Below, piece by piece: positions 24,993 through 33,941 of a stretch of 44,920 nt of DNA. The translations under genes were made by a program, and so were the position numbers. How positions within the stretch are numbered: the first letter of the stretch is position 1; each line of letters opens with the position of its first letter. This DNA is from a virus (taxonomy: Duplodnaviria; Heunggongvirae; Uroviricota; Caudoviricetes), in the IMG/VR virus record IMGVR_UViG_3300022173_000112, positions 66,916-111,835 of that record; one strand, 5' to 3'. The notes beneath the pieces are model-generated. The model saw nothing but the letters and a program-made list of their open reading frames with translations. It ran no database searches and was not told the origin of the DNA.

Positions 24993-25247
24993 TTACAACC
25001 TCGGTCCGCCTGCTTTCAGAAACTCGATTTTCTCGTCGAGTTCTTCATAGTCACGGATTTGAGAATAGGCTATCAATTGAGCTTGCGACCAGACATTACA
25101 GTCGTCCCATGACGTTTCGATTCCTGGCGGTCTTATACCGATTCGCTCGCAGGCCCGCCAGATTGCGTAGTCGTGGGTTCGTCCTCTTGGGATGTACCGT
25201 TCGACACTTGTGTTTCCTGCGATTGTATAAAACGCCGGCGAGCTTCC
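24993..25247 (-). CDS. -1 frame extension of the tail assembly chaperone (gpT-like segment)
   Basis: Start-less open frame YAIWRACERIGIRPPGIETSWDDCNVWSQAQLIAYSQIRDYEE...GGPRL* overlaps the chaperone 3' end and fills the gap to 24991. Confidence 0.65.
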   Translation of the reverse strand, partial: GSSPAFYTIAGNTSVERYIPRGRTHDYAIWRACERIGIRPPGIETSWDDCNVWSQAQLIAYSQIRDYEELDEKIEFLKAGGPRL

Positions 25248-25669
25248 TCAAGTTTCTGCTCGTCGAGGTTGTTGGCAATGAAGACACCGCGGGAAATCAG
25301 ATTCCGTTCGATGGAACTGAATCCCGCAGCCTTGAGTTCATTCTCAAAATTCAGCCACGTACCTGGGTCCTTGATGTCGATGGTTTCCCATTGCAACCCT
25401 TCGGTCGCTTCGAGAGACTTGATCAACATGAAGTAGGTCTGCATCGTGACCCGTTGCCGGACTGCTGCTTGGTATTTGACATCCTTGAAGTTCTGCTCTT
25501 TAACCCCACCTGGCTTCATAATCCAGGGTACCTTAGGTTCGGGGCAGAGTCGTTCGAAGTCAGCGTAATCAAGCACGGCTCGTGCCTTGAAAACGATCTG
25601 ACTGTCACCCCGAGGGATGACAATCAGTTCTTCGTTCGGACCCTTAATCTCTTGGCCCAGAATACGCAT
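25133..25669 (-). CDS. tail assembly chaperone (gpG-like)
   Basis: 178 aa directly after the tail tube gene and before the tape measure region. Confidence 0.8.
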   Translation of the reverse strand: MRILGQEIKGPNEELIVIPRGDSQIVFKARAVLDYADFERLCPEPKVPWIMKPGGVKEQNFKDVKYQAAVRQRVTMQTYFMLIKSLEATEGLQWETIDIKDPGTWLNFENELKAAGFSSIERNLISRGVFIANNLDEQKLEEARRRFIQSQETQVSNGTSQEDEPTTTQSGGPASESV

Positions 25670-25681
25670 TGAATGCCTCGC

Positions 25682-26782
25682 TTATTGGTCAACGCGGGTA
25701 ACGGTTGCCTGAGTCAGATTGCACTTACCCGTACATGCAATCATGGCCGTTTTCGTATCGTGCTGGAGTTCCTCGTAACGGAACTCAGCCAGATCGATGA
25801 TTTCCTTCTTTGCCGTGGAGCAAGGAGGAACGTACTCGATACGCAGAGTAACGCAGTACGGTTCGCAAGGGTCTTGACCGGCACTGACCCAAGTCGATGC
25901 CTGACCTTGCTGCTTGAGAACGTCTTCGACAGTCAAGTCTTCGCCGGTGCTGGACTTGATGAAAATCCAGCCGAAGTCGAGTTTGACTTCCAGCGGTTCT
26001 TCATCACCATTACGCACCGAATCGAGCTTGCCGCGATTCTTCTTGTACTCGCGAGCTTTCTTCTCCGTGTAGGAGAAGCTACCGTCACCGAGCCGCACTT
26101 GCAGGGTGTGCGGAGCGACAGCGACCACAGCGTTGTTCTGAACCGCCAGGGTCAATGCCGGAGTGAACGTCACCGAAGATGTTCCGTTTCCACCAGTCAT
26201 GGTGTAGACGGTCGCATCATTCAGCGTCGTGTCGTCGTTGGTGATCGAGAAGCTGTCACCAACTTGGATCGTTCCCGTTCCAGTGTCGATCGCAATCGTC
26301 GAGATGCCTGCCGCGTAGGCCGGGACACCAGCGGTGAGAGTCGAATGGCTGATAACGATTGCCGCAGGGCCAGACGTCATCAAGCTGTTCGCTTCCGAAT
26401 CGATCAGCGGGAGGTTTTCGCCGGCGAGGTCGCCAACGAAAGTAACGGTGAACGGACCAGTGCCGGTCGTACCAGTCACAGTCACGTTGCCGGAACCGAT
26501 TGTGGTCAGGGCTTGCAGAGCAGCCTGAGCCGCAGCAGCCGTGTACGTCGAAATTGCCGCAGTCAGTTCACCGCGGAATCGCAACTTGTACGAGCCACTC
26601 GCCATCGTGCCATCGAAAGCAATTTCCTGGACTTCGTTGGTCCCCGCGTTGTTCACGAGGTAACCAGTCGGTCCACCGCTTGCCGTTCCATATCCATCGA
26701 AGATATAGATTTCGGCGTTCTTGAGGTCAAAGTACGCGTAAGACGTATTGACCGGAATACCCTTGAGGTACTTCATGTTCAA
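25682..26782 (-). CDS. major tail tube protein with inserted accessory domains
   Basis: Tube-like halves FDLKNAEIYIFDG and RLGDGSFSYTEKKAREY...NRGKLDSVRNGDEEPLEVKLDF split by a NEVQ domain and a TFTPAL domain; biased codons. Confidence 0.8.
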   Translation of the reverse strand: MNMKYLKGIPVNTSYAYFDLKNAEIYIFDGYGTASGGPTGYLVNNAGTNEVQEIAFDGTMASGSYKLRFRGELTAAISTYTAAAAQAALQALTTIGSGNVTVTGTTGTGPFTVTFVGDLAGENLPLIDSEANSLMTSGPAAIVISHSTLTAGVPAYAAGISTIAIDTGTGTIQVGDSFSITNDDTTLNDATVYTMTGGNGTSSVTFTPALTLAVQNNAVVAVAPHTLQVRLGDGSFSYTEKKAREYKKNRGKLDSVRNGDEEPLEVKLDFGWIFIKSSTGEDLTVEDVLKQQGQASTWVSAGQDPCEPYCVTLRIEYVPPCSTAKKEIIDLAEFRYEELQHDTKTAMIACTGKCNLTQATVTRVDQ

Positions 26783-26790
26783 AACTCCTG

Positions 26791-27279
26791 TTAAGTGTCC
26801 AAGTACATACAGTAGTAGGCTTGGACCGTTGATTGTGTCAATTTCACAGCGGGATCAAGCTGGCCGAAGTGGTGAACCACAATCGGGTCAGACTCTTCGG
26901 TATCAAGGACGAGGCACCCTACAGCGCTTTTATCGTCTTCAACTCCATTACCGAGTTTGAATACGGTAATACTGGGGGCAAAAGTAGCAAACACGCGGCC
27001 TACCGAAGTATCGTGAGTATAGACATTGTTGCCAGTCAATTGAGTTTCGACCAAGAAGTTCATGGTAATCGTGTACTTGTCACGGCCATGACATTCCCGA
27101 ACCAAAGGTCCATCCATTCGCATTTCTGCCCATGTCGGTTTCTTGGTAACAATCTTACCATTCTTATCGACATGCTCAGTAAGCTCGATGAACACATGAA
27201 TCTTGTCTTTAAGTTGGTCTCCAAACCAAGTATAAAGAGAAGCTCGAATCCAGCGGATGATGTGTTCTTTGTTAATCAT
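26791..27279 (-). CDS. putative tail terminator / completion protein
   Basis: Position just before the tail tube; about 162 aa; start MINKE overlaps the upstream gene end. Confidence 0.6.
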   Translation of the reverse strand: MINKEHIIRWIRASLYTWFGDQLKDKIHVFIELTEHVDKNGKIVTKKPTWAEMRMDGPLVRECHGRDKYTITMNFLVETQLTGNNVYTHDTSVGRVFATFAPSITVFKLGNGVEDDKSAVGCLVLDTEESDPIVVHHFGQLDPAVKLTQSTVQAYYCMYLDT

Positions 27280-27745
27280 TGTGCGCCCCTTGATCAATAT
27301 CAAGTTCAGTGCACACTGAGTCGCTCAGCAACTGTGCTGGCGGAACACCTTGTGTGTCTGTCATCGTGATAACCCAACCATAACCGCTAATCAATTCGGT
27401 GATACTCGAAATGGCCCATCGTGTGCCATTGTGTACGATGTAATCTTCCATGTTGGGCACAAAGTCGACAGGGACATCTTCTGCATCAATGATGCAGACA
27501 TGTTTGGCCGTGTCAAAGTTACCACCGTAGTTGAACTGATTATTGGCTGGCTTGAATTGTCGCTTGCTGCCTTCATCCAACACGACAGCTAAAGACACGT
27601 TCAGGACAGTTTTCGGTTTTTCGATTTCGCCGGTACGAGTGTCAACTGTTTGCGACCCGTAGCGGTAAATATCAATTGGAGTTCCATAATCCAATTTCAA
27701 TTTATACAACACATTCTTGATGTAAGCTGCACCGCCGGGTGTCAT
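27272..27745 (-). CDS. putative head-closure (gpFII-like) protein
   Basis: Start MTPGG after AAGGAG; VDTRTGEIEK, DYIVHNGTRWAISSI pattern; neck-gene position. Confidence 0.6.
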   Translation of the reverse strand: MTPGGAAYIKNVLYKLKLDYGTPIDIYRYGSQTVDTRTGEIEKPKTVLNVSLAVVLDEGSKRQFKPANNQFNYGGNFDTAKHVCIIDAEDVPVDFVPNMEDYIVHNGTRWAISSITELISGYGWVITMTDTQGVPPAQLLSDSVCTELDIDQGAHND

Positions 27746-27749
27746 CAGT

Positions 27750-28007
27750 TCACTCCTTGGGTTTGCAAAGATCGAGGCATTCATGAAGAGTGTCATGCAA
27801 TGGCTTGAACTGCTTTGCAATTTCAGCGATTGCGTTCTTCAACTCTTCTTCTTTTGTGTACAGCAAGACGGGGACTTTTACGTCGGGTACTGGAGCGTCG
27901 GCCACGATAATGTGGCAGTTTTCAAGTGACGCAATCTCGAAACCGTAAGCCACCAGCACTTGACGTAACTTATCCTCATCGCGGCTGATTACGCAGACGC
28001 GAATCAT
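27750..28007 (-). CDS. hypothetical protein
   Basis: 85 aa; GGAGG RBS; ATGA overlap with the upstream gene. Confidence 0.65.
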   Translation of the reverse strand: MIRVCVISRDEDKLRQVLVAYGFEIASLENCHIIVADAPVPDVKVPVLLYTKEEELKNAIAEIAKQFKPLHDTLHECLDLCKPKE

Positions 28008-28357
28008 TTCGGTATCCTCCGTTCCAAGTCAGCAACCTTCTCACGAAGCTCGGTATTTTCCGCTGACAAAGTTTTGAGTTGTTCTTTCATAGTGATGTTT
28101 TCCATCAGCGTTGCGACATTCGCAGTTTGAATGTCAACAACTTTTTGTTGCACTTCGACAAGTTTCGTTTCCAGCCTCTGCATCTTCGCATCTTGCTGCA
28201 AAATCGTTTCTTTGTAACTTGTCAAAAGGAAAGCAGCACCCTCCTGATCCTCTTTCTTTTTCTGCGACAAAGCTTCCTTTATCTTTGTGATAATCGGCCC
28301 GATAGCAGCAGAAATTGCCATCAAGACAGCAACCCATTCTGTTGAAATAGGTTCCAT
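28004..28357 (-). CDS. single-TM coiled-coil protein (holin-like candidate)
   Basis: Start MEPIS after AAGGAG; N-terminal hydrophobic helix WVAVLMAISAAIGPII followed by a heptad coiled coil. Confidence 0.5.
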   Translation of the reverse strand: MEPISTEWVAVLMAISAAIGPIITKIKEALSQKKKEDQEGAAFLLTSYKETILQQDAKMQRLETKLVEVQQKVVDIQTANVATLMENITMKEQLKTLSAENTELREKVADLERRIPK

Positions 28358-28367
28358 GTTAAGCTCC

Positions 28368-28988
28368 TTATACCCGAATGATGTCAATCTCTTCCGGGTC
28401 GCGTAAATATGGTTTCAGGTAACTCCAAGCTCGGAAACTAGGAATGCCTGCACGCATATAATCGGGGATGAACGAACGATCGTAACCAGTTCTGACATTG
28501 CTGTACGTTTGAGAAGTAGCAGCAAGGATGTCAGCTTCACGATCAGGATCATACCCTTGGATGAGCTTTATCGCAATTTCAAAGCAAGCCTTTTTGATGT
28601 CAGCAGGAATCGCGTCATCCGGGTCACCTGCGGTATTGACGCCACAGATGATTACCGGACTCGGACCACGCGGAAACTGATGAACTTGGCTTGCGTCAGC
28701 TTTGACTCCCGTGAAGTTCAAGCGATCGATCATCTCGGTCGCCTCGTGCATGGCAGACTTCTTGTCTTCTTTCCTTGCACGCTTCCACGCTGTAGAGCGT
28801 AGACGATTATCAAAGTAGTTGTTTGCTTCCGACAAAGTGCCGTAAGCATCCAAATACTCAGAGTTGTATGGCGTACAACCCTGCATGGGAAACAAATTGT
28901 TGAGACAGGCCAAGTTCAGATTGGCTTGATTACCTTGGGTTTGTGCAAGGGTCAACGTGCTATCAACAGAGATGTCAATAATTGCCAT
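28368..28988 (-). CDS. head-tail adaptor (DnaT-like/gp6-like)
   Basis: YGTLSEANNYF...AW...KKSAMHEAT..ID.L.F.G.K...HQFPR...IPADIKKACFEIA. Confidence 0.82.
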   Translation of the reverse strand: MAIIDISVDSTLTLAQTQGNQANLNLACLNNLFPMQGCTPYNSEYLDAYGTLSEANNYFDNRLRSTAWKRARKEDKKSAMHEATEMIDRLNFTGVKADASQVHQFPRGPSPVIICGVNTAGDPDDAIPADIKKACFEIAIKLIQGYDPDREADILAATSQTYSNVRTGYDRSFIPDYMRAGIPSFRAWSYLKPYLRDPEEIDIIRV

Positions 28989-30808
28989 TAGTTAACCCTC
29001 ACTCCCTGGTATTCAAGTTCGACTTCGTACATGTCGCCGTTACAAATTCCTCCACGCGAAGTGGAAATGATTTCAGCCGGATCAGTCAGTAAGAACCCGG
29101 TCCACATTTCGCCCTTCCAGTTCGTCATGTTGATTCGATCTCCGAGGAAGTCCAGCAGGAATCGTCGCAGTTCATAAGCCTTCCGTTGATTTATGGTGAA
29201 CTTGTATTTCAGCTTACGGTTGGCACTCTTCTTCACATAAGAGTAAGTCTGGCCAGTGATCGTTCGCTTAATACTTACTGCTGCTACATTCCCTTCCGAA
29301 TCACTGTATTCAGGATTCGGCAGCACGATCGCACGTGTAGCACTTTGATAGACTGTAGACCCACTTGGGATGGGGCAACATTCAATATCAGGTGCCGGTC
29401 CTGGAAGGCCATCCGGAGTACCTGGAATCGGTGTCGAGCCACCTTGCGTCACAATGACGTTAGGTACTTGAATGAAGCCACCAGCCCCATCGGCTTTCTG
29501 GTGTTCTTGTTTGAACTCCAGTTCGCTGACAAGACTACGGTTCAAAATCATCGCCAGACCGACACTTTGTGTGACGGCCAGCGACTGACTTACCGACTTG
29601 TTACGTTGTACATCAACGTCAACATCATGGTCGAGATCGGCCAAGACGTTAGAAGCATTCCGTAGCGGACCACCAATGACCGATTGCAAAACCGTTAGGT
29701 TGTTTGCTACCGATATCTCAACGATCTTTAAGTAACCAACAGACTGTGCAAGTGCCACAGTGTGTTCGATACTTCTATTGAAGATCGCTGCAATCGTTAC
29801 GGTCTGTGCGGGAACCAACACATGGAACTGTTGGTCAAGGTGTGGATCGTATTGAACGGCCACATCTTGCGTAATTGTCAGTTCGTTGCCAACACCAGTT
29901 GTTTGGACAACATCAACATCCTGAGTGATTGTCAGGGTATTGTCAGCGTCAGTCGGCTTGAACTGGAAGTAGTCAGCAGACTGGCTAAAGGTCAGTGTAT
30001 TCGAAGCACTCTTCGACAAATCCTTGACAGCTTCAACACTCTGACTGATTGACAAACCTTGTTCAACGGATTGAATAGGTGTGGCAACCAAGTTCGACTG
30101 AGTAATCGTCAGAGTCTGACTGATACTCCGATTGACCACTTTGTTTGCAACAACCGCACTTGAGATAGTCGAAATGTCAGTGACATTTCGACTTGGATCA
30201 GAGTGAGCTATTACAGATTCAGAGATCGTCGGAGCATCAGTTGTAGTTCTGATGAACGTCAAACTTGCTGTCGCACTCTCACTAATGGTCGGTGCGTCAG
30301 TAGCAGTTCGACTAAGTATCGCTACCCAGTCAGTCGATTCCGAGAGTGTTGGTGCATCGGTTGGATGCCGAACAAAATCAGCGACTACTGCAACACTCTC
30401 GGAAAGTGTTGGAGCATCAGTTGTTGTTCGCGTTACAAGGATGACGACCGTTGCATCTTCGGAGATGGTCGGGTCATCAGTTGTTGTTCGAGGCTGGATA
30501 GTTACAACGACAGCAGCATCCGACAAAGTCGGAGCGTCGAAAGTAACATTTCCAATAACACTAACTGCTGTTGCACTTTCAGAAATCGTTGGAGCGTCTA
30601 CCGTAGTCCGGTAAAACAAACCAGTTCGATCCACCGATTCCGAAGTCGTCGGTGAATCTGTTGTTGTTCTGAGTAGACCTACTGTTCTACTTACCGATTC
30701 CGATAGAGTAGGACTGTCTGTTGTTGTCAACGAATCGACAACAATGTCGCCAAGTAGGATGTTACCTAGAAGGCTGTCACTTGTTCCCAATTTTCCGGTA
30801 ACAGCCAT
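28988..30808 (-). CDS. repeat-rich structural protein with a Dit-like C-terminal domain
   Basis: 10 x 20-aa RTTTDAPTLSES repeats, about 10 xxxNTLTITQSV repeats, and a C-domain LPNPEYSDSE...MWTGFLLTDP...YEVELEYQG. Confidence 0.75.
   Translation of the reverse strand: MAVTGKLGTSDSLLGNILLGDIVVDSLTTTDSPTLSESVSRTVGLLRTTTDSPTTSESVDRTGLFYRTTVDAPTISESATAVSVIGNVTFDAPTLSDAAVVVTIQPRTTTDDPTISEDATVVILVTRTTTDAPTLSESVAVVADFVRHPTDAPTLSESTDWVAILSRTATDAPTISESATASLTFIRTTTDAPTISESVIAHSDPSRNVTDISTISSAVVANKVVNRSISQTLTITQSNLVATPIQSVEQGLSISQSVEAVKDLSKSASNTLTFSQSADYFQFKPTDADNTLTITQDVDVVQTTGVGNELTITQDVAVQYDPHLDQQFHVLVPAQTVTIAAIFNRSIEHTVALAQSVGYLKIVEISVANNLTVLQSVIGGPLRNASNVLADLDHDVDVDVQRNKSVSQSLAVTQSVGLAMILNRSLVSELEFKQEHQKADGAGGFIQVPNVIVTQGGSTPIPGTPDGLPGPAPDIECCPIPSGSTVYQSATRAIVLPNPEYSDSEGNVAAVSIKRTITGQTYSYVKKSANRKLKYKFTINQRKAYELRRFLLDFLGDRINMTNWKGEMWTGFLLTDPAEIISTSRGGICNGDMYEVELEYQGVRVN
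30180..30735 (-). repeat. 60-bp period coding tandem repeat (about 10 units)
   Basis: Variants of ggagcatcagttgttgttc recur every 60 bp, in frame with the TDAPT repeat. Confidence 0.85.
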
Positions 30809-30821
30809 TTAACAACCCTTT

Positions 30822-31793
30822 CTATTGTTCTAGCCAATGTTTCACGTGCATTTGTGCGTCCTTACTGCCCCCGTTAGTATTGGCGTAGAAGAATGCTCCG
30901 GTTGGGGTACTACCTCCAGAGAAGAAAGTACCTCTGGCTTCACTGAACAACGTAATCCACATTTTTCCGTTATTACTGTAACGGAAGTAAATGTTCGTGT
31001 TGTCGTCTTCTACCTGAAACCAGCGAATCCAGTGTCCTGCATTGTCTGCAAAAATCGAAGCAGGTGTACTTGAGTAAGCCGTTTCGTTGGTGTTCTTACC
31101 AACTTCAAGTGCCTGTCGATTACTCGCGTTTGCAAGATGTATTTCCTCACACTTACCGGATGCCGAACTTCTCAAACCCAAACCACAAATCATGTAGTTA
31201 TTGTTGGGAAGATTCGGCATGAAGTGCATTGTCACCTTGTAAGGTGCAGTCAATGCTTTGTATCGAAGTCGCATACTGTAACCAGCACCGGCTGGTGCTG
31301 TGAGTATTACGCCTCCACGGGCTGTACTCACCGAAGCACCACCCTGATTAACCCAAGAGAATTGGGCGTCAACAGGTGGTGTCAAATTCGGAAAGAACGG
31401 CCCGAAGTGATTCCAGTTGGCCCCATCATCAATGGCTATCGAACACCCGTCAGTGATGATCTGCGAACGGCCAGCGACACCAGCCGCTGGCAGATTAGCA
31501 AAGGTGTCACTGAGTCGAGCATCACTGAGCCACTGGTCAAGGCCAGCCTTGGTAATCGTCTGGATGATTACGTCACCCAAATTGTGCGAAGCACCAGTTG
31601 TTCCTTCTTGCCCACGAGTCACGGTGAGTGTATTACCCACAACCGCTGTGAGTCGCATAATCTCAGACCCAATGACGACTCGTCCTGGGGCTGAGAATCG
31701 CGTACCATTCACAACAGTAATCGACGTCGTCGAGTTGTTGATGTTCGCGTCAAGCGTCGTGCGTGCGAAGTTAGGAAACTGTTCCAGAGCCAC
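30822..31793 (-). CDS. tail fiber / receptor-binding protein, paralog 3
   Basis: MALEQF..TTL..IN...GSEIM.LT.V.GNTLTVTRGQEGT..H N-domain plus a beta-sandwich C-domain (WFQVEDDNTNIYFRYSNNGKMW). Confidence 0.7.
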   Translation of the reverse strand: MALEQFPNFARTTLDANINNSTTSITVVNGTRFSAPGRVVIGSEIMRLTAVVGNTLTVTRGQEGTTGASHNLGDVIIQTITKAGLDQWLSDARLSDTFANLPAAGVAGRSQIITDGCSIAIDDGANWNHFGPFFPNLTPPVDAQFSWVNQGGASVSTARGGVILTAPAGAGYSMRLRYKALTAPYKVTMHFMPNLPNNNYMICGLGLRSSASGKCEEIHLANASNRQALEVGKNTNETAYSSTPASIFADNAGHWIRWFQVEDDNTNIYFRYSNNGKMWITLFSEARGTFFSGGSTPTGAFFYANTNGGSKDAQMHVKHWLEQ

Positions 31794-31794
31794 G

Positions 31795-32769
31795 TTATTC
31801 CTCCTTCCAACTCAACAGAGTGAACGCGTGGTTGATTACGTTGCCTGTGTTGTTTCGGCCGTAAAACATCGCTTTTGTTGGTGCGTTAGACAACCAAGCT
31901 GTGTGAGCTTCCGAGTAGACAGTAATCCAGTCGAAACCGTTATTACTCATGCGGAAGTACAATGTGTTAGATGCGTATTCAATTTGCATCCAACCCATTG
32001 AGTATCCGCAAGTACCCATGAAGCTGTAGGCCGGTGCCGTATTGAAGTTCGTCGTACTTCCCCAACGGCAACATTCAACATAGCTGTAATCATGGTCGAA
32101 CACAATGAAGTGCATCGACACAAGTCTACCACCAGTTGGGTCATAGAAGCCCATACCGCAACTTTGGTAGGACAAAGAACTCTGGTTGAAGATGAAGTAG
32201 CCAGTAATCTTGTAAGGTGCTGTTTTTGACTTATGCAACACTCGAAGACTCAGGCCACTATCAGCAGGAATCTGTACGTTGATTCCACCCTTCGTTGTCG
32301 AAGTTGTGCAACTCCCTTGGTTAGCCCAAGTAAAGTCACCCAACACTGGAGGCGTGAACAAGTTCAACGTGGACATCGTTGCCAGTGAACTACCATTATC
32401 ACGCGTCCATTGGTCAGTATCAGTTGGGAAGTAGACCAACCCATCTTTTGCCGCAGCCGGTGTACTTGCGAGTACACCAGACTGAGACAAGTCCGACACA
32501 CTTTGATTCAAAGACCCTGCTGTCAGGGGTCCAGTTACGACATCAAGGTCAGAGTGACTTGCAGCAGATGTCGATTCCTGTGCCCGAACAACAGTCAAGG
32601 TGTTTGTAGACCGTGCCGTTACAAGCATGATTTCCGAACCAATTAAGATTCGGAAGTTACCAGTGGATGGGAAAACAGCCCCACTGGTTACGACAACTGT
32701 CGTAGTGGAATTATTGATTCCACCATTCAATGTAGTCGTTGCCAGATTTGTGCATGTTTCCAGAGCCAC
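31795..32769 (-). CDS. tail fiber / receptor-binding protein, paralog 2
   Basis: Same architecture (WMQIEYASNTLYFRMSNNGFDW). Confidence 0.7.
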   Translation of the reverse strand: MALETCTNLATTTLNGGINNSTTTVVVTSGAVFPSTGNFRILIGSEIMLVTARSTNTLTVVRAQESTSAASHSDLDVVTGPLTAGSLNQSVSDLSQSGVLASTPAAAKDGLVYFPTDTDQWTRDNGSSLATMSTLNLFTPPVLGDFTWANQGSCTTSTTKGGINVQIPADSGLSLRVLHKSKTAPYKITGYFIFNQSSLSYQSCGMGFYDPTGGRLVSMHFIVFDHDYSYVECCRWGSTTNFNTAPAYSFMGTCGYSMGWMQIEYASNTLYFRMSNNGFDWITVYSEAHTAWLSNAPTKAMFYGRNNTGNVINHAFTLLSWKEE

Positions 32770-32771
32770 TG

Positions 32772-33764
32772 TTAATACTCCTTGTAATGGAAAATTTCCA
32801 TAAAACTGTCTTTATTGTTGCTAGTTTGGCCACCAAAGCCAATCTCAGTAACTGTTCCCAGGAAATCCGCATTTACAACGAAGTGGTATGTATACCAGAA
32901 CACACCATCTTGACTGTATTGACAAGTCCGGTACAACCCGTCTTGTTTGATTCGCCAGAACATTGGACAGTTCAGCGTATTCAGACGCGGGCTTGAACCG
33001 ATTGCAATGTAAGTGCTGTTAAAGCCACCACCATTGTCATACTTGTCGTTCAACAAGTGCAAGGCATCGCCACCCGTAGCGTGAAAGCCTGCACCAAAGT
33101 GAGTGTGGGCATTTGATGCGTTCTTGAAGATCAAACCCCACCCAGTGTAATCAGCAGGGTAGCCAAGCAACCGCATTCCGATTTCGATGGTGTAGTCGCT
33201 GACTGGTCTACTCTTGACCAGCATACGAACCAAACCACTTGTTTCAGCCGGAACCTTCATGATCCATGAGGCACCATCACGAACAAAAGTGGCAGAACCT
33301 TGTTGGTGCCAACTCCACTGTTGATCGAAAGTGGTGCTTGGTGGTACAATCGGATACAGCGGTCCCCATTCTTCCCAAGCACTTCCGTTATAGCGAGACA
33401 GAACAAAGCCGTCTGTCACACCGTAGATAGCACCAGTGCGGGCAGTCGCTGGCCGATTCGCGTAAGTACCAACACTGTACATTTCGGCACGAATCGCGGC
33501 CAATGCACCGTTGGTCAGTTCGTAATCAACATTCGCTCCACTCGGGTGAGTAGAACCAGATGTTCCCTCTTGACCACGAACGACAGTGAATGTTGTACTG
33601 GATACACCAGTTACTTTCATTAGTTCATTGCCAACGCGAATCCGAAAATTTCCACTTGTCGGAAAAGGCGTCGCACTGGCAACAACCAAAGTTGTTTGCG
33701 ATGCGTCAATGCTACTCGATAGAGTAGACTGTCCTGCACCGTTAAACAGTTGTTCAAGAGCCAT
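32772..33764 (-). CDS. tail fiber / receptor-binding protein, paralog 1
   Basis: Same architecture (FWRIKQDGLYRTCQYSQDGVFW). Confidence 0.7.
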   Translation of the reverse strand: MALEQLFNGAGQSTLSSSIDASQTTLVVASATPFPTSGNFRIRVGNELMKVTGVSSTTFTVVRGQEGTSGSTHPSGANVDYELTNGALAAIRAEMYSVGTYANRPATARTGAIYGVTDGFVLSRYNGSAWEEWGPLYPIVPPSTTFDQQWSWHQQGSATFVRDGASWIMKVPAETSGLVRMLVKSRPVSDYTIEIGMRLLGYPADYTGWGLIFKNASNAHTHFGAGFHATGGDALHLLNDKYDNGGGFNSTYIAIGSSPRLNTLNCPMFWRIKQDGLYRTCQYSQDGVFWYTYHFVVNADFLGTVTEIGFGGQTSNNKDSFMEIFHYKEY

Positions 33765-33783
33765 CTTTAATCTCCAAGAAAAG

Positions 33784-33859
33784 TTACGGGAGTGGGATTT
33801 GAACCCACATTGTTTGGCTTATGAGACCAAGCTGGTACCAGATTCCAGTCCATCCCGTA
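33784..33859 (-). tRNA. trnM: tRNA-Met(CAT), initiator-like scaffold (Ile2 not excluded)
   Basis: TACGGGA/TCCCGTA, TTGGT-CT CAT AA-GCCAA, GTGGG-TTCAAAT-CCCAC; D-arm atypical. Confidence 0.75.
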
Positions 33860-33863
33860 AAAG

Positions 33864-33936
33864 CGGTCGATGAGGGATTCGAACCCTACTACTCTCGGTT
33901 GACGGCCGAGTGTGTTAGCCATTACACCAAAAGACC
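33864..33936 (-). tRNA. trnD: tRNA-Asp(GTC), degenerate, possibly a pseudogene
   Basis: CTCGG-CC GTC AA-CCGAG, TTCGAAT, G73; two acceptor-stem mismatches, a T-stem mismatch and C33. Confidence 0.6.
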
Positions 33937-33941
33937 GTAAA

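Noticed and set aside
28004-28357. Firm holin call
   Set aside because: It has a single TM plus coiled coil and no adjacent endolysin, so it is kept only as a low-confidence candidate.
30180-30735. CRISPR-like array
   Set aside because: The 60-bp period is in frame, varies at synonymous positions and encodes a protein repeat; there are no unique spacers or cas genes.
30822-33764. Diversity-generating retroelement or shufflon acting on the fibers
   Set aside because: No reverse transcriptase, adenine-specific TR/VR pair, recombinase or crossover repeats seen in the window.
33784-33936. Prophage attachment site at the tRNAs
   Set aside because: Phage genes continue on both sides; no duplicated tRNA 3' end or integrase.
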